From: Chiloscyllium plagiosum
Taxonomy: Eukaryota
Length of the DNA stretch: 64,000 nt
Assembly: GCF_004010195.1 (NCBI RefSeq)
Contig: NC_057750.1
Coordinates: 17,302,680-17,366,679, forward strand
Direction of reading: 5' to 3'
Shown: piece after piece, positions 35,225 to 48,600 of the stretch
How positions within the stretch are numbered: position 1 is the stretch's first letter
Layout: each line of letters begins with the position of its first letter
Made by a program: the position numbers and the translations under genes
The notes under the pieces: generated by a model
What the model was told of the DNA's origin: nothing
What the model saw: only the letters and a program-made list of their open reading frames with translations
Databases searched by the model: none

Positions 35225-35535
35225 GTGGTAGTATCACTGGATTGGTAATGCTGTGGGGATGGGAGTCTGAATCCCAGCAAGGCAGATTAGAATTCAATAA
35301 AGATTTGGAATTTAAAAGCAAGCCTATTTAACCATGATCAATTGTCAGTTTAAAAAAAAATAAAACTATCTGGTTCGCTAGTATTCCTTAGGGAGGGAAA
35401 TCTGCTATTCTTACCAGATCTGGCCCACATGTGAGTCTAGAGCCGCAGTAATGTTGCTGACCCTTTACTGCCCTCTGGGTTATTAGAGATGGGCAATTGC
35501 TGGCCTAGCCAGTGACAGACACATCACATGAACAA
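35225..35535 (+). mobile_element. tRNA-derived SINE (non-HE1 family)
   Basis: gtagtatcactgga...gaatccc...atctggttcgctagtattccttagggagggaaatctgc...gggatgggcaa tail; homologous pieces at ~12200-12625 and split across ~58215-58640 / 60032-60370. Confidence 0.6.
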
Positions 35536-38229
35536 AGGGGAAAAAAAACACTGCTTCCCTCTGCTATCGACAAGCCTCTCGTCTGTCTGATCCTCCAACT
35601 CACCCACCCTCTCCCGATAGCCCAGGCCAGCTCATGACCTGAAGGTGATGCTGCCACATTTGGCTCTTCCTCTCTATCACCTCTCAGTGTGTCAGTCTGG
35701 GCCAGTCGATGGCTGGGATTTGTCCATCACCGTTCTGAAGAAACCCTGGCTCCAGGTTCTTCACTTTGTCACGGGCTCCCCAATCCTCGGATGGTATCAG
35801 GTCTGAAACATCTTGAAGTATGGAAGGAAGCCATGCTTTCCTTTGTCCCTGGTTTGGCTCTCTCAAAAAGATATGCAAATGAGCCCATACCCCTACCCTT
35901 TCCCCAAAGCCCCGCAAATGTCTTCTTTTCAAGTATTCAGCTAATTCCTTTCTGAAGTTTTCACTTTGTTTCCTCCAGCCAGCTCTCAAGCAGTGCTTTG
36001 TAAATACCCACTGCATAAAAATAGAAAATGGGGATCGTTTTAATGGTGGCTCCTGCATTAGATATAGTGGTTTCTCCCAGACCCATTAATCTATTGATTT
36101 CACCAGCTAATTTCTGTCAAACATTTGGATGTTACAACCTCATTGTGACAACAGGGATGAGTGGGAACTATCCCCCATGTCCCACAAGGTGAGGTGCTCA
36201 CTGGAAAATATTCAGCACCTTGAATGAAAGGTTTCATTGAACAGATGCTCCTTTCGGTTCACTTTTACTTTTGTAAAGTATTTGACAAATACTTTTTGTA
36301 ATTCTTTCCATTGGGAACAATGTGAGAACCCAGTGGGGTTAAAGGCTGCCAACAAAGCCTTAAGCACATGAAAGGGAATACTCTGTATTCCAGCAAATGG
36401 CACTCACAGGGAGCTCATCTCAGGCAGTGACCACACACATCAGGAGGAGCAGTCTTTGTAAGTGCCACTAACCACAGAATTACACACTGCTTTAAATGTT
36501 ACAGCATCCTTACTGTAGCAAGGTGCTGCCGAAAAGATTGGACCTTTGTGAACTGGGAGGGACGACCCAAAGTTTGGTAAAAGGAGAAGTGAGTAGATCT
36601 AGGTGTAGACCGCCCAAGAACTGACCACCAACCAAGGTCATGGAGAGGAGTGATGTGCAAGAGACTGGAGTCAGAGAGATGGAGAATATGAGCTGGGGTG
36701 GAGCTGCAGGGGGTCATGATCCACCGTGGGATTAAATGGCAAGAATTTCATGCCAGCAGTATTGTGGTTTAGGGAGGCACCGTAGGGGATGATAGCCGAG
36801 TGGGAATTAGTGTGGAAGGCAAAGTGTCAACACAAGTTTGGTTTAAACTGTCTTTAATTCTTCAAGAACTGAGCAATTCCTCTTGCAAAAGGAGCAGTGG
36901 AATTGTCAACGTGGGAGATTTAAATGTCCCAACTGAATACAGATGGAGAGATGGAGTACAGATAGAGCTATCAACAATGAACAGGCTTATCATATCCTCC
37001 CCATTCTGATTTCTTCAAATGTTATACGTAAAACGAATAAATATTGCAGTGCACCCTAGTTGAGTGTTTTTGCAGTAATGGCAGAGAAAGTAACCTGAAG
37101 AGAACAAACTGAGCTGTCAAGCCCTAGGTTTGTAGTGTTCACCTTCTGTCGGGAATTAATTTTTTCCCCGAGTTTCCTCTCCTCCCATCCTAAAGACACT
37201 ACAGCGGGAGTGCCAGGGCAAAACTGGTGCAATGAGAGGCAAATTTCCAACACCCAAGCATTGAACCCCCATGATGCCTGAAGGACATCGACCTGTTGTG
37301 TGCCCCAGTCAGCCACCTGAAATGGGTGTTGGACACTGCATTTATGTAGTACCAGTTTAGGGATCTGCGAAACTGGGCCAGATGTGGCACCAGTCCCTGT
37401 AGAAAGAAACAGGCTCCACAATAACAGCCAACTTCCTCCATTGACATTCCATCCCCTTTCCCAGGACCTCCCCTTGGGCCAAGTGTTGTGAAGGTCACAT
37501 TTCTAAAATGGGCACGTGTGCCAGGGTCAGCGAGTTAATGATAACTTGGCCAGGGATCCAATGTCAGGCCAACTTGGGTCTTCCAGTTTCTGCTGTGTGC
37601 TGATGGGGTGCTCCAGGCTATGGACCTGAAATCAGGGCCTCAAGCTAATATTTACCCCATTGGTGGGAGCTAGCACTTAGCTGCATGTGGGTTAACCATG
37701 CAGGTTAGTCCACATTTGCCAGCTGTTTGTCTGCATGGGGCATCATAGCTGTCCCCAACCCTGCACTCACCTGATGTCCAGCAGAGGTCACTGGATAACA
37801 GAGAGAAGCCTGGATCCTTTCTAGTTCGAGAATGGGGTGTTGGGCAATTGCTTATATTAACACAGTTAAAAATCACACAACACCAGGTTATAGTCCAACA
37901 GGTTTAATTGGAAGCATACATAGTTACTAACTCAGCGCAGACCCCAGATCTGATCTGACTTAGTGTTGCAAAGTATTTTTAAAATCCTGAAAATTCCAGA
38001 AACAGACCATTCTGCCCAGCAATTCCATGCTGCTGTTTATGGGGCTTCTCCCACCCTTCACCTCTCCCCATCGCCATATCCTTCTAGTCCTCTCATATCT
38101 TTCTAGTTCCCCTTCTGTTCGTGCCACCCACTCCTTATCCAGTAATAGATGTGTCCATTTCAGAGAGCTGACCGTAAACAAGACCACTCAGGATCTGGCT
38201 TTTTTTAAATCAAGTCACCACTTTCTGCT

Positions 38230-38940
38230 CTAAAATCCACTGAGTACAAGCCTAGCCTATTCAACCTTTCCTCGCAAGTCAATACACCCATTTTAGCTAT
38301 CAGACTGGTAAACCTTTTCTGAAATGCTTATAATGTATTTACATCCTTCCTTAAATAAGGAGACCAATATTGTACACTGTTCTCTAGATATGATCTCACT
38401 AGCCTCATTGAAGCATAACCTTGCTGTTCTTGTACTTAATAGCATTTGATTAACTGTTCTGATTACTTACTGTACCTGCATATAAATGTTTCATGATCCA
38501 GATCCCTCTGCATCTCAGAGCTTTGCAAACTCTCACCATTCGGATAATATATTACTTTCTTATTTGTTCTGATAAAATGTATAGTTTCATATTTTCATAC
38601 ATTATATTCCATTTATCAGATCTTTGCCCAATCACCTAACCTATCGAGATCACCTTTTTAGTTTTCTTATGACCTTTTTAGAACTTACTTTCCTAATTAT
38701 CTTTATGTCATAAGTATATTTAACAGTCACACCTTTGGTCCCTTCGTCCAGGTCGGCTACGTGTTTAAATTATACAATTTTGAGGTCCCAGAACTGATCT
38801 CTCCAGTTGGCACACTACCTGTACATATTGCCAACCAGAAACTGACCCAATCGCTGTTAGCCAATCTTGTATCCATGCCAATATGGTACCTCCTAAACAT
38901 GAACTTATATTTTCCACAATAACATGCCAAATGTCTCTGG
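38230..38940 (-). mobile_element. Degraded CR1 LINE fragment
   Basis: ccttaaataaggagaccaatattgtacac (reverse of VQYWSPYLR) and further RT remnants. Confidence 0.65.
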
Positions 38941-38957
38941 ATATTCATCCAATAGTT

Positions 38958-39150
38958 CCTGTTTAGTTCAGTTGTCTGGAGAGCTGGTTTACAATACAGA
39001 ATGATACCAACAGTGCAGGTTCAATTCCCATACCAGCTAAGGTTACCATGAAGGTCTCAACCTTACCCCTTGCTTGAGCAGTGGTGACCCTCAGGTTAAA
39101 CTCATTACCTGCTGTCACGCTGTAATGAGAGAGTGGCGCCATGGTGACTA
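38958..39150 (+). mobile_element. tRNA-derived SINE (third family)
   Basis: tttagttcagttg (A box) ... ggttcaattccc (B box) ... ggttaccatgaagg; related pieces at ~5472-5600 (+) and ~44690-44815 (-). Confidence 0.6.
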
Positions 39151-39529
39151 CTTCTTTAAAAAAAACTTTCACATTCCCTATAAATGTGTCTGTGTCACTT
39201 ACCTGGATTGTCCTCTTTGGTGAACAGTTCTTAAAGTCTGGCCGATTCTGCTGAGCTCTGAATACTGTGATTGGTCATAGAGTTTTTGCCCTTCCTTTTG
39301 GAGGCAAATAATGGCCTGGAGAAGGGGTGTAAGGAATGATAGTGATGCCAAGGGATAAGTTTGGGGAGGGTGCAGGGTGTTAGAAGCAGCTGATATGCCC
39401 CACTCACTTTGCCAACACCAAGCCTTCATCAGGGTGGAATATGGGGTGGCTGTGTTTGCCAAGGCTTCCCACACCACATAATGGGTCTGGAGAGGGGCAT
39501 CTGGTCAATGGAAATATGGTGACCTAAAA

Positions 39530-40010
39530 GTCATAAAAGATAGGAACAGGAGAAGGCTGCTTGGCCCCTTGAGCTTTCATTAGGACCATGGCTAATTTGA
39601 CATTCCGCTTTCCTGCCATTTCTCCTTGGCCCTTGATACCCCTCACGGCTCAATTATCTCTGAACATCATCCTTAAATATGCATAAGGACTCCGTCCCTA
39701 TAGCTCTCTGTAGCAAAGAGTTCCAAAGACACTCAATCTCTGAGAGAAGAAATTCCTCCTCATCTCATTCTTAAACCATTGCCCGTAATTCTGAGATTAT
39801 GCCCTCGGTCCTACACACTCTTATAAAGTGAAACATCCCCTCAGCATTTCCCTGTCAAATCCCTTAAGAATTCAATATGTCTCAATGAAATCATCTCTCA
39901 TTTTTCTAAACTCCAGTGAGTAGAGTCCCAAGCTGCTCAGCCTGTGCTGTTAAGACAATCTGTCCATCCTAGTGAACCTTCTCTGAACTGTCTCCAATGA
40001 AATAATCTGC
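39530..40010 (-). mobile_element. CR1 LINE 3' fragment
   Basis: ataggaacaggagaaggc...gagagaagaaattcctcctcatctc...tagtgaaccttctctgaactg, reverse CR1 3' region. Confidence 0.72.
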
Positions 40011-40697
40011 CATCCCTTTCTCAGAGTTGAAAGATAAGCATTTCCTCTTTTTATCACAAATTTGCTGCTTTTCCTTCCCCCTTTTCCACCTCCCCCTCAC
40101 CTGTGAGCCACAAAATTACTTGCCTGGTTGATGTGGCTGATTGCTCTTTACCCAGTTAATAAGTCAGGGAAGGAAATCATTCACCAGTCAATGTGTTGGC
40201 ACCTCCTGCCTGTTTCATGAGTAGATTTTGCAGCTATTTTTTAGCTTGTGCAAGTGTACTGCAGACTGGCAACCAGTAGCCTGGGGGAATCTAATTAGTG
40301 CAGATTTCACTGTGTTGGTTTTATTTATTTCCCTTGCCCACTCCTCTCCAGAGTCATTGAATCATACAGCTTGGAAACATGACTACGCCAGCCAGAAAAC
40401 ACCAAACTACACTAATCCTATTTTTAGGACCTGTACTTCATCTGTAGCCTGCAATGCCATGGCTTTTTAAGTACTCATCCAGACGTTTCTTAAATGTTGT
40501 GATAGTACTTACCTCTACCACTCAACAATTTCCATTTATCTACCACGCTCTTAATTCTTAAGTAGACACTTAGCTTCTGTCCTTATCCCTTTCTGTAAAT
40601 AGTTTGAATCTTACAAAGTTGTGGTCACTATCCCCAAAATGCTCACACATGACATTTCAACTACTTGACCAGCTTTGTTCCCTCGGATTAGGTCAAA

Positions 40698-41500
40698 CAC
40701 TGCCCATCTTTAGTAGGACTGTCTATGCACTGGCAACAAGCACTGCCCATCTTTAGTAGGACTGTCTATGCACTGGCAACAAGCACTGCCCATCTTTAGT
40801 AGGACTGTCTATGCACTGGCAACAAGCACTGCCATCTTTAGTAGGACTGTCTATGCATTGGCAACAAGCACTGCCCATCTTTAGTAGGACTGTCTATGCA
40901 CTGGTAACAAACACTGCCCATCTTTAGTAGGACTGTCTATGCACTGGCAACAAGCACTGCCCATCATTAGTAGGACTGTCTATGCACTGGCAACAAGCAC
41001 TGCCCATCTTTAGTAGGACTGTCTATGCACTGGCAACAAGCACTGCCATCTTTAGTAGGACTGCCTATGCACTGGCAACAAGCACTGCCCATCTTTAGTA
41101 GGACTGTCTATGCACTGGCAACAAGCACTGCCATCTTTAGTAGGACTGTCTATGCACTGGCAACAAGCACTGCCCATCTTTAGTAGGACTGTCTATGCAC
41201 TGGCAACAAGCACTGCCCATCTTTAGTAGGACTGTCTATGCACTGGCAACAAACACTGCCCATCTTTAGTAGGACTGTCTATGCACTGGCAACAAGCACT
41301 GCCCATCTTTAGTAGGACTGTCTATGCACTGGCAACAAACACTGCCCATCTTTAGTAGGACTGTCTATGCACTGGCAACAAGCACTGCCCATCTTTAGTA
41401 GGACTGTCTATGCACTGGCAATAAGCACTGCCCATCTTTAGTAGGACTGTCTATGCACTGGCAACAAGCACTGCCCATCTTTAGTAGGACTGGCAACAAA
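40698..41500. repeat. 43-bp minisatellite (cactgcccatctttagtaggactgtctatgcactggcaacaag), 18 full copies plus a partial
   Basis: Direct count; near-identical units, a few 42-bp variants; embedded in a minus-strand CR1 endonuclease fragment (~40600-41540). Confidence 0.95.
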
Positions 41501-42854
41501 AGCTCTCCTTGATGAACTTTGAAAATTCCATCCCATATAACCCTTGCACATTTTCCAACCGCGCTGACTGCAGAGCGAGGAGGGGAAGGTGCTGTGAGGC
41601 ATCAATCCTGCTCTACTTCACCCATCCAGCCTATTCTCTCTCTGTTAGCCTGAACAAACTGTGCAAAGACACCATTTTAACTACTGTACTCCATTAAACC
41701 AAGTCTAAAGAAGACATATTGACCTGCCCACTGAACATAAAGTAATCCATTGGAATGTTGTCAACCAAGGAGTTGTCCCTATCTGGCCCTCATCTGACAC
41801 ACGCGTCCTCTCCAGAGCTGGAACAAGGGAATTCTGGCTGTTTCTTCCCTTCTGCTTCAATGTGTTGGTGCTAAAGCCATTTTTATTTCATTGCTACTTG
41901 GGCTTAGCCCATTAACATCCATAAAACCTGAACCAAGCCTATGGTCTGTGGGCCTCAGTGCCTTTATCAGCTAAGCCCACCAGGAGGGAGCCATCTTTCA
42001 AAGTGTGATACAGGGTCAAGTTTACAGACAATGTCAAGGCAACAATTATTGCATTAATTTAACCTAAGGTATAAAACACTGTTGTGAGTGCAAAACAAGC
42101 AGCAATATAGTTCTAGCTAGTATTATATTTGCAAAGCGAGATGAAGGACTGTTCTTAGTATCCCAGTCCAGAAATGCTATTGGCACACAGCTGCCAAATA
42201 CTTCACTGACCTTCGTCAATGTCAGCACCGTACATGCGGACATATGATCAAGGAACAAGAATAGGCCAGTCAGCTTGTTGAGCCAGTTCCACCATTCAAC
42301 AAGATCATAGCCAATTTAATCTTAACCTCAACTCTACATTCTTGCATATCTCTGATACTTTCATACCCTCGGGCACCAAGAATCTGTTGATATCTGTCTT
42401 AACAATTATAGCACAATAACAATAGTGTCTTATATCCAGGGACATTAGCTGTATCCCCTCTGGATAACACATTCACTGAGACTTCATTTGGGGTATCTGC
42501 TCATCTTAATCAGTTGACAATGGTACAGAAAGTAGGCTTAAATAAATTAAAGTAATCCCTTTGATTATCAAGGGGTGATATACCCCTTGATGATTCTTCA
42601 AGCAGTTGGGGGATTTAACAAATTTTAAAGTCAGTCTTTTCAGTCAGAGAATTAGTGAACTTGGCAAATATTTTATCACATTCAGGACAGCACTATCTCC
42701 TATTTATAAAATAAGAGCCAAAATGCTGAAGAAATTCAGCACTTCTGGTAGTATCTGTGTGAGACAGAGAAACATAATTAACATTTTGAGTCCAACATGA
42801 CTACTTCAGGGCTGTTACGAGTTCTAAATTCAGAAGATCAGTCAATGCAGCTTT

Positions 42855-43457
42855 CTCTGTCTGTACAGGCACTGCCAGACCGCTGAGATTCACCTGCCTT
42901 CCCTGTCTGTACAGGCACTGCCACACGCAGAGATTCACCTGCCTTCCCTGTCTGTACAGGCACTGCCAGACCGCTGAGATACACCTGCCTTCCCTATCTG
43001 TACAGGCACTGCCAGACCGCTGAGATTCACCTACCTTCCCTGTCTGTACAGGCACTGCCAGATCACTGAGATACACCTGCCTTCCCTATCTGTACAGGCA
43101 CTGCCATATCACTGAGATACACCTGCCTTCCCTATCTGTCCAGGCACTGCCAGACAGCTGAGATTCACCTGCCTTCCCTGTCTGTACAGGCACTGCCAGA
43201 CAGCTGAGATTCACCTGCCTTCTCTGTCTGTACAGGCACTGCCAGACAGCTGAGATTCACCTGCCTTCCCTGTCTGTACAGGCACTGCCAGATCACTGAG
43301 ATTCACCTGCCTTCCCTGTCTGGACAGGCATTGCCAGATCACTGAGATTCACCTGCCTTCCCTGTCTGTACAGGCACTGCCAGATCACTGAGGTTCACCT
43401 GCCTTCCCTGTCTGTACAGGCACTGCCAGACAGCTGAGATTCACCTGCCTTCCCTGT
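42855..43457. repeat. 46-bp minisatellite (ccctgtctgtacaggcactgccagaccgctgagattcacctgcctt), ~13 copies
   Basis: Direct inspection; sits in the right arm of a degraded foldback element whose left arm is at ~42705-42820. Confidence 0.93.
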
Positions 43458-43494
43458 TCTTATTTCAGATCTCAAATGCATTGCTTTTATTTGG

Positions 43495-44665
43495 CCCATA
43501 AGACTGTGCCAGTCAGAAACATGCACCTAACTATTTTCATCCCATTTCCCAGCATATGGCCATATCCTTGGCATCACAAGTGTACACCTTAATCTTAAAT
43601 GTTATCAACATTTTTGCTTCTACCACCCTTACAGACAGTGAGTGCCAGATTCCTATCACCCTCTGGATCAAAACATTTTTCCTCACATTCTCCCCAAATC
43701 TCCTGCCCCTTAGTTTAAAGCTATGCCCTGGGTCATTGATCTTGCCACCAAGGAGAAAGGTTTATTCTGGTCTACCCTGTCTATTGCCCCTCATAATTTT
43801 ATTTATCTATATCATGCCCCCCTCACCCACCTCGATCTCCTCTGCTCCAAGGAAAGCAATCTCTCTTCATAACTTAAATTGCCCAGCCCTGGCAGCATGC
43901 TGGTAAATCTCCTCTGCAACCTATTCTGTGTTATCACGCCCTTCCTATAATGTGGATTCTGCAACTGTACATGGTACATAAGTTGTGGCCTTTTAGATAG
44001 CTTCAGCATCACCCTCCCTGCTGTGTAACTTCCTGCCTCAGCAAACAGCACACAGGGGAGTGCTGTGACAGAATTGAGTCTGAGTTCCGTGGATATATAT
44101 GATGTGATTGAGGCATTGCTACTTAGAAAAAGTGTGTTTAACATTTTCATTTACTGGTGAATAATACAGAATAAAAACAGCAATCTTCTTTAAAAAAGAC
44201 AAGTATCCCATATGCCTACTTAAACACTTTATCTACCTGTTCCGCTACCTTGAGGGACTGGTGGACACTGAAGTCCCACTGATCCTTGATGCTTCCCAGG
44301 GTCCTACCATTCATCATGTATTCCCTTGCCCTGTTTAATTTGCGTCACTCACATTTGTCCAAACTGAATTCCATTTGCTACTGCTCAGTCCATCTGACCA
44401 GCCCATTTGTAACTTCCTTGAATCTAAGGCTATCCTCCTCATTGTTTGCCACCCCACCAATTTTTGTATCATCTGCGAACTTGATGATCAACCCTCCTAC
44501 GTTAAAGTCTAAGCTGTATATATCTATACCACAAACAGCAAGCACCCCAACACAGATCCGTGTGGAACCTCAAAAAACACAGGCTTCCAGTCACAAAAAT
44601 CCTCTTCCTCTGTTTCCTGCCCCTCAGCCAATTCTGTAACCAAGTTGCCAAATTTCCTTGGAGCC
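43495..44665 (-). mobile_element. CR1 LINE fragments
   Basis: RPQLMYHVQL.NPHYRKGVI.QNRLQRRFTSMLPG and reverse of IKFADDTKIGG (44450-44490). Confidence 0.82.
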
Positions 44666-45451
44666 TATGGGCTGATTCTTTTGGCAGTTTCTATCAGTAG
44701 TGGTTTGGTATTGCACGGCAAGGAGCCAGCTCCCAAATCTACCTCAATCAGAACACAAATTGAACCTGTTTATTCTGACCAATACGCTGGTCACCTGGCC
44801 AACTGAGTGAACTGGCCTTATTCTCCTTGATTTACCCTATTTAAAACAAACACTGAAGTGAGCACATTAATCATTGTTGGACAATCTTCATAAAACATAT
44901 AGAGGGTGCAAGCTGCTTAGTAAGGATGGACAGTACAAGGAGAGCTAATTTGAGAAAAGGAAAAGGCAGTTGAAGGCCCTTAGATGATCATGGAGTCAAA
45001 GCACATCTTTGCAGTCATGTGAAAGGATCTACTCTCTGAAACACGATCTGTATTATGCTGAAATTCCAGAACTATCATCCTTCCCTAAAGAGCACTCATA
45101 ACCATAAGAGAAAGGGTTTAGTGTTAGCTGAGGAACTTTCCCTTCAATTCTGAGCCAATGCCTTTCCAAGGCCAACATCGGGTGTAATGTGTTAGCTATA
45201 TGCAAGAAATTCCTGTGTCCATGTGGTACTGTTTTTGTGTCTGTCCATTTCTCTCTTTTCCTTCATTCAATGAGTGTGTAATTCTTCAGAGGGATGAGGG
45301 AATCCCACACTGAAAGGGGTTGCTGTAAAGTGTGGTCCGGTTGCCAATGGGGGACATCAACGTCCAGCAGCCTGAGGTTTCCCCGACAGCTCCCGTACCT
45401 CGCTTTGCCGTTACCGCGGTTCAACCCCGATCAGTTTGGGAGTGCCGCTGA

Positions 45452-45625
<174 letters not shown>

Positions 45626-48600
45626 TAGGTGCCAACCGTTGGCCCCAGAGGCCACTCTGCCTGCCTGCCTGCATGCCTGCCTGAAAAGCTGCTTGCTCGG
45701 AGCTAACACGGTTCCATACCGCCACTGACAGCCTCATGAATGAAGTAGTACTTTGAGAAGCAATCTGCAAATATGCAAGTTTTTTCATTCCCTTAGAAAT
45801 TATTTCCCATATTAGACCATAATGAGAGGGGCCGGAAAAGCACAGCAAGCCAGCCTGTCTCTCGGGGGAAATGACAGCAACAACAATGTGAGTAAATTGT
45901 TCCAAGGCACTTTCCAAGGAATTAAACTTGATGTCACATGAAGAGATATTAGGACAGGTGACCAAAAGATATGACAAAGACTTGGTTTAAGGAACATTTG
46001 AGGAGAGAGAGAGAACGTTGGAGAGGTGTAAAGGTGGAAATTCCAGAGCTTGGCTCACAAGTTCTAATAGTAGAGCCGTCAATGGTAGAGGGATTACAAT
46101 TGGGAATGTTGCAATTGACCAACACTGAAGGGAGATAGATATCTCAAGGGGTTGCAGGGATGGGGAAAGGGATTTGACCATGAGAGTGACATATTTAAAA
46201 ACCGAGATGTTGTCACCACAGGAGCCAATGTGTCTCAGTGAGTTCGGGATGGGGTGCTGAGGAGTGAGATTGACTTGGTATGAGTTAGGCTGCAGGAGAC
46301 AGAGTTTTGGAAGGAGGTCAATTAAGGAGGATGTTCAACTGTTCAGAACTCTACTCTCTCAGAAATAAGATAGATGTCAGCAACGTAAGCGTTATAACAT
46401 TCAATACTGGCCTGGCTGATTGTATTTGCAATACTTCCCTGGCCAATGTTGTGGCAATACAGTAACTGGTGAGGAAACAGAACATTATAAACCAGGCATT
46501 CAGTATCATACAAATTGTTGGGGCACAGATTTAATGTGATCAGTAGAAGGATTAAAGGGACAGGAGGATTCTTTTTCACCCAGGAAGTGATGGCTGTGTG
46601 GAATTCACAGTCTAGTTTGGTGGTTGAGTTGGAAACCCACAACTAATTTAAAGGAACCTGAATCTGACCCGAAAGGCTGTAACCCGCAGGCCCACGGACC
46701 TGATGCTGGTAAGCAGGGTTGGAATGGGCCACTCGTTTATTCAGCTGGTGCAGATGTGATGGGCCAAGCGACCTCTTTCTCTGCTGTAACCTTTCTACGG
46801 CTCTCTGGTCATCATGTACAAAGTTGACCTGTGCTGTTTGCACAAGACAGGAAAGGCGCTGGTGAAATATTAAAAAGGGCAAGGCTATCTCAAACTCTGC
46901 AAATGTCCGGGATTGTTGAAAAGTGGGTAAACAGCCCGAGGATGGAGGGAAAGTAATGGAGTACACCCAGACAAGTTTGAAAATGGACAGACAATGATAA
47001 TTGGTGGATTACATTCTCGCAGCTGAATGTTAACATCAAAGAGAATATAACCCACAGAATCAACACAACGTGGCTGACATCTTACCTGTGGCCATAATGG
47101 TTGTGAGCATAGTTCTCATTGGGAGCAGAGGGTCAGTGAATACACTGTTGCAGTACATCACATAATTTAAATGAAATCTTTTCCATGTGTTATACCACAA
47201 TCTCTAACTATTGGCAGGCAAATTCCCACCCAATAAAAACAAGAAAGGACGACTTGCATTTATATAGTGCCTTTCACAATCTCAGACCAGCTCAAAGTAC
47301 TTTTCAACCAAAGAAGAATGGTCACGGTCATATGCTCAGAAACACTGCAGTCCCTGGTTATCCAACCAGCATTGTGAGACTGGCTAGAGAATGATGTTGG
47401 CGGTACAATAAATACTGGTCAGACAGCAAGGCAACTACCCAACTGTTTGCCCAATGGAGCTGTGGGCTGTTTTACATCCACCTGAGGGGGCAGTCAGGGT
47501 CTTGTTTAATGTCTCACATGGAAGATCTCTGACAGTGCCACACTTCCTCGAAACATCATTGGATCGTTCAACACATTTTTTGTGTGGACTTCAACCCGCA
47601 CCATTGACTTCAGAGGCCAAAGTGTTGCTCGTCAATCCATAGCAAGTGAACGGTGACCAACTGGCAAGTAACTAGTGATTTGTTGAGGATGGACTTTTCT
47701 CACACATGTACAGCAGAATTGTCTCATAGCTTTTCTAACAGTAGGGGAGAGAGCAGGGCAGACATGTTACATGGGACTAACACAGCTCCCCCATCAGTGA
47801 TGGAACCAACCAGATCATCCACCAGTCAGTTCACTAAGTTGCTGATTGGCATACTGTCCCATGTAGAGTGAGGGGAAGTATCTTACTCCACCACAGGCCT
47901 TGCTCCTGGGTCTTAAAGTCAAGGCCCACTCTTCAGGATCCTGCAGTGAGAAGGTAAATTATTTTTTATTTTTCTTCTCACAGATTGGGCAGAAAGGGAT
48001 TGGGCTTTGTATAGACGTGTGGCTTCCATTGGCCATACCCCTCTCCCATTTGTGCCTCCAACCGCTCTAGACTGGGGCATGTGGAGGCCATACCCCCATC
48101 CCCCCCACCCCAAAATCCAGCTGGCAGTTCATTTGGGTCTTACAAATCAGAAACTAGCCACTCAATCCCGCCGTTGTGGAGTGAGGTGATCAGGGAGGTG
48201 GTCAGTTGGTTTGCTTATGTGCCATTATTTGACCTCTTCAGGGCCTTATTTGCCTGACCAATTGACCTTCCCACCCGGCTGATGTGGCAAGAATGAGTGA
48301 GTTTGCTGGATTTGTGGCATAACTACAAATTAAACTCATAGCAATAAGTTAGGAAGAGTGTTGAGTGATGTAAGGGGGGGGGGGGGGTGTTGGGGTCTCA
48401 TTCCTGCAGGTAGTACATTGTCCCAAAAGATTTTTACATTTAAGTTAATTTTTCAAAACTTTTCCTTTATCTCCCCTTTTTCCTCTTAACTAATTTGCTC
48501 CCCCTATGTTTACCTTTCTGTGTCTGATTTGACTTTAATTCATTTTTATTTGTGTCTCACTCATTCGGGTGGGTGGTGGGGGAGTAGGGTGGATCAGGAA

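Noticed and set aside
36212..36230. TTCAGCACC half-match to a REST/NRSE site
   Set aside because: The second half-site (GGACAG) is absent.
40698..41500. CRISPR-like regular array
   Set aside because: Units are contiguous with no unique spacers, derive from CR1 sequence, and the context is a vertebrate intron with no cas genes.
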